Assembly: GCA_023128415.1 (NCBI GenBank) | Contig: JAGMEA010000030.1 | Coordinates: forward strand, 263 to 64,262 | Direction: 5' to 3' | DNA from: Candidatus Babeliales bacterium | GTDB lineage: Bacteria; Babelota; Babeliae; Babelales; UBA12411 | Length of the DNA stretch: 64,000 bases | Part shown: positions 63,404 through 64,000 of the stretch, piece by piece | Layout: the number at the start of each line of letters is the position of its first letter | How positions within the stretch are numbered: the stretch's first letter is position 1 | Program-made: the position numbers and the translations under genes | The notes under the pieces: model-generated | The model's input: only the letters and a program-made list of their open reading frames with translations | Databases searched by the model: none | What the model was told of the DNA's origin: nothing

Positions 63404-64000
63404 TTAGTTGCCCCTATATATATAAAAGAACATACAAAATATGACATAACCGGCAAGGGCTCGCAAACAATTTAAAACTATCGGCAAGGAAAGCTCTATG
63501 AAGAAGGCAGCTATGAACTCAATTAAAACACCAACTGCAAAAAAAGTAATAAAGGCAAAACTAAATCCCCTAGTAGATTTCTGAACATATATTTTAAGAA
63601 TTTGAGGAATCATATAAATAAGCCAAATGAAAGTATAAACCCAACCACAAATCTCAGATACTTTTTCTGGATATTTTAAGGCCAAAGGAAAGATCAAGGC
63701 CCCGATAAAACCGATAAGTAGAGATAAGTAACAAAAATACCTCCTATGACTACATCCGTCATAGTAAAAGCTTTGTAAGATCATAAAAATACTGGTGCTA
63801 AAACCCAATGGGACCATAACTTGGTAGGCTGCTGGAAAACTTTCAAGATATATATGGTACCAATACAGGACATAACCAAAAGTTGCACCTAAAAGCATCC
63901 AATTGCTAAGACCTTTAGTTGTTTTTAGCTTATAATTAAGGAATATTTGAGGAAACATTCCGGTGAGATAAATACTATTAACAATCCATACACTAAAATA
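63404..64000 (-). CDS. 7-TM PQ-loop repeat protein, tandem copy 1 (5' end outside window)
   Basis: The frame stays open upstream of the listed Met to the window edge (..YFSVWIVNSIYLTGMFPQIFLNYKLKTTKGLS), matching TM1 of the paralogs. The second motif is IPQILKIYVQKSTRGFSF. Confidence 0.7.
   Translation of the reverse strand, partial: YFSVWIVNSIYLTGMFPQIFLNYKLKTTKGLSNWMLLGATFGYVLYWYHIYLESFPAAYQVMVPLGFSTSIFMILQSFYYDGCSHRRYFCYLSLLIGFIGALIFPLALKYPEKVSEICGWVYTFIWLIYMIPQILKIYVQKSTRGFSFAFITFFAVGVLIEFIAAFFIELSLPIVLNCLRALAGYVIFCMFFYIYRGN

Overview
AT-rich (about 30% GC by eye), gene-dense bacterial chromosome segment that reads well in the standard code. All functional calls below come from motif recognition in the supplied translations and from reading the DNA; no database search was possible.

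Housekeeping genes I can recognise: mutS, ppsA, a NupC-type nucleoside transporter, prfA, rpmE, a SIS-type PGI/PMI isomerase, pgeF-ftsZ-ftsA-ftsQ, rlmB, a deoxynucleoside kinase, a tRNA-Val/Asn/Asp cluster, tyrS and atpB/atpE. The accessory content includes Sec-signal ankyrin proteins, Fic, nucleoside import plus dNK salvage, many lineage-specific exported proteins, and eukaryote-like PQ-loop and TMTC-like proteins. This suggests a host-dependent, possibly amoeba-associated lineage such as Dependentiae/TM6, but that is inference only.

Stand-out regions:
1. 8.7-29.7 kb: a 21-kb run of 12 minus-strand genes, all encoding exported proteins I cannot assign to a family. It contains five mosaic beta-helix-like proteins built from shuffled modules. 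One carries a 7-bladed propeller insert and two carry YadA-head-like 14-residue repeats. It also contains two paralogous C-terminal-Phe putative outer-membrane barrels, each encoded just downstream of a repeat/C-domain protein, a coiled-coil protein, and a translationally coupled 4-gene sub-operon. That sub-operon includes an ACP-like domain lacking its Ser and a 1001-aa Walker-A protein. This is my best candidate for an undescribed surface/export system.
2. An F-type ATP synthase c subunit fused four times (316 aa, 4 hairpins, each keeping the carboxylate), next to atpB. The atp cluster is cut off by an IS remnant.
3. An intact tnpB-only IS200/IS605-type element, plus an internally deleted derivative that retains both ends. 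The two are in direct orientation 27 kb apart.
4. A fic gene bracketed by roughly 42-bp inverted repeats.
5. A tandem active/degenerate M50 protease pair, tandem TMTC-like GT-C/TPR proteins, an orphan NurA-like nuclease, and three tandem 7-TM PQ-loop proteins.

No CRISPR array, rRNA or prophage was seen.
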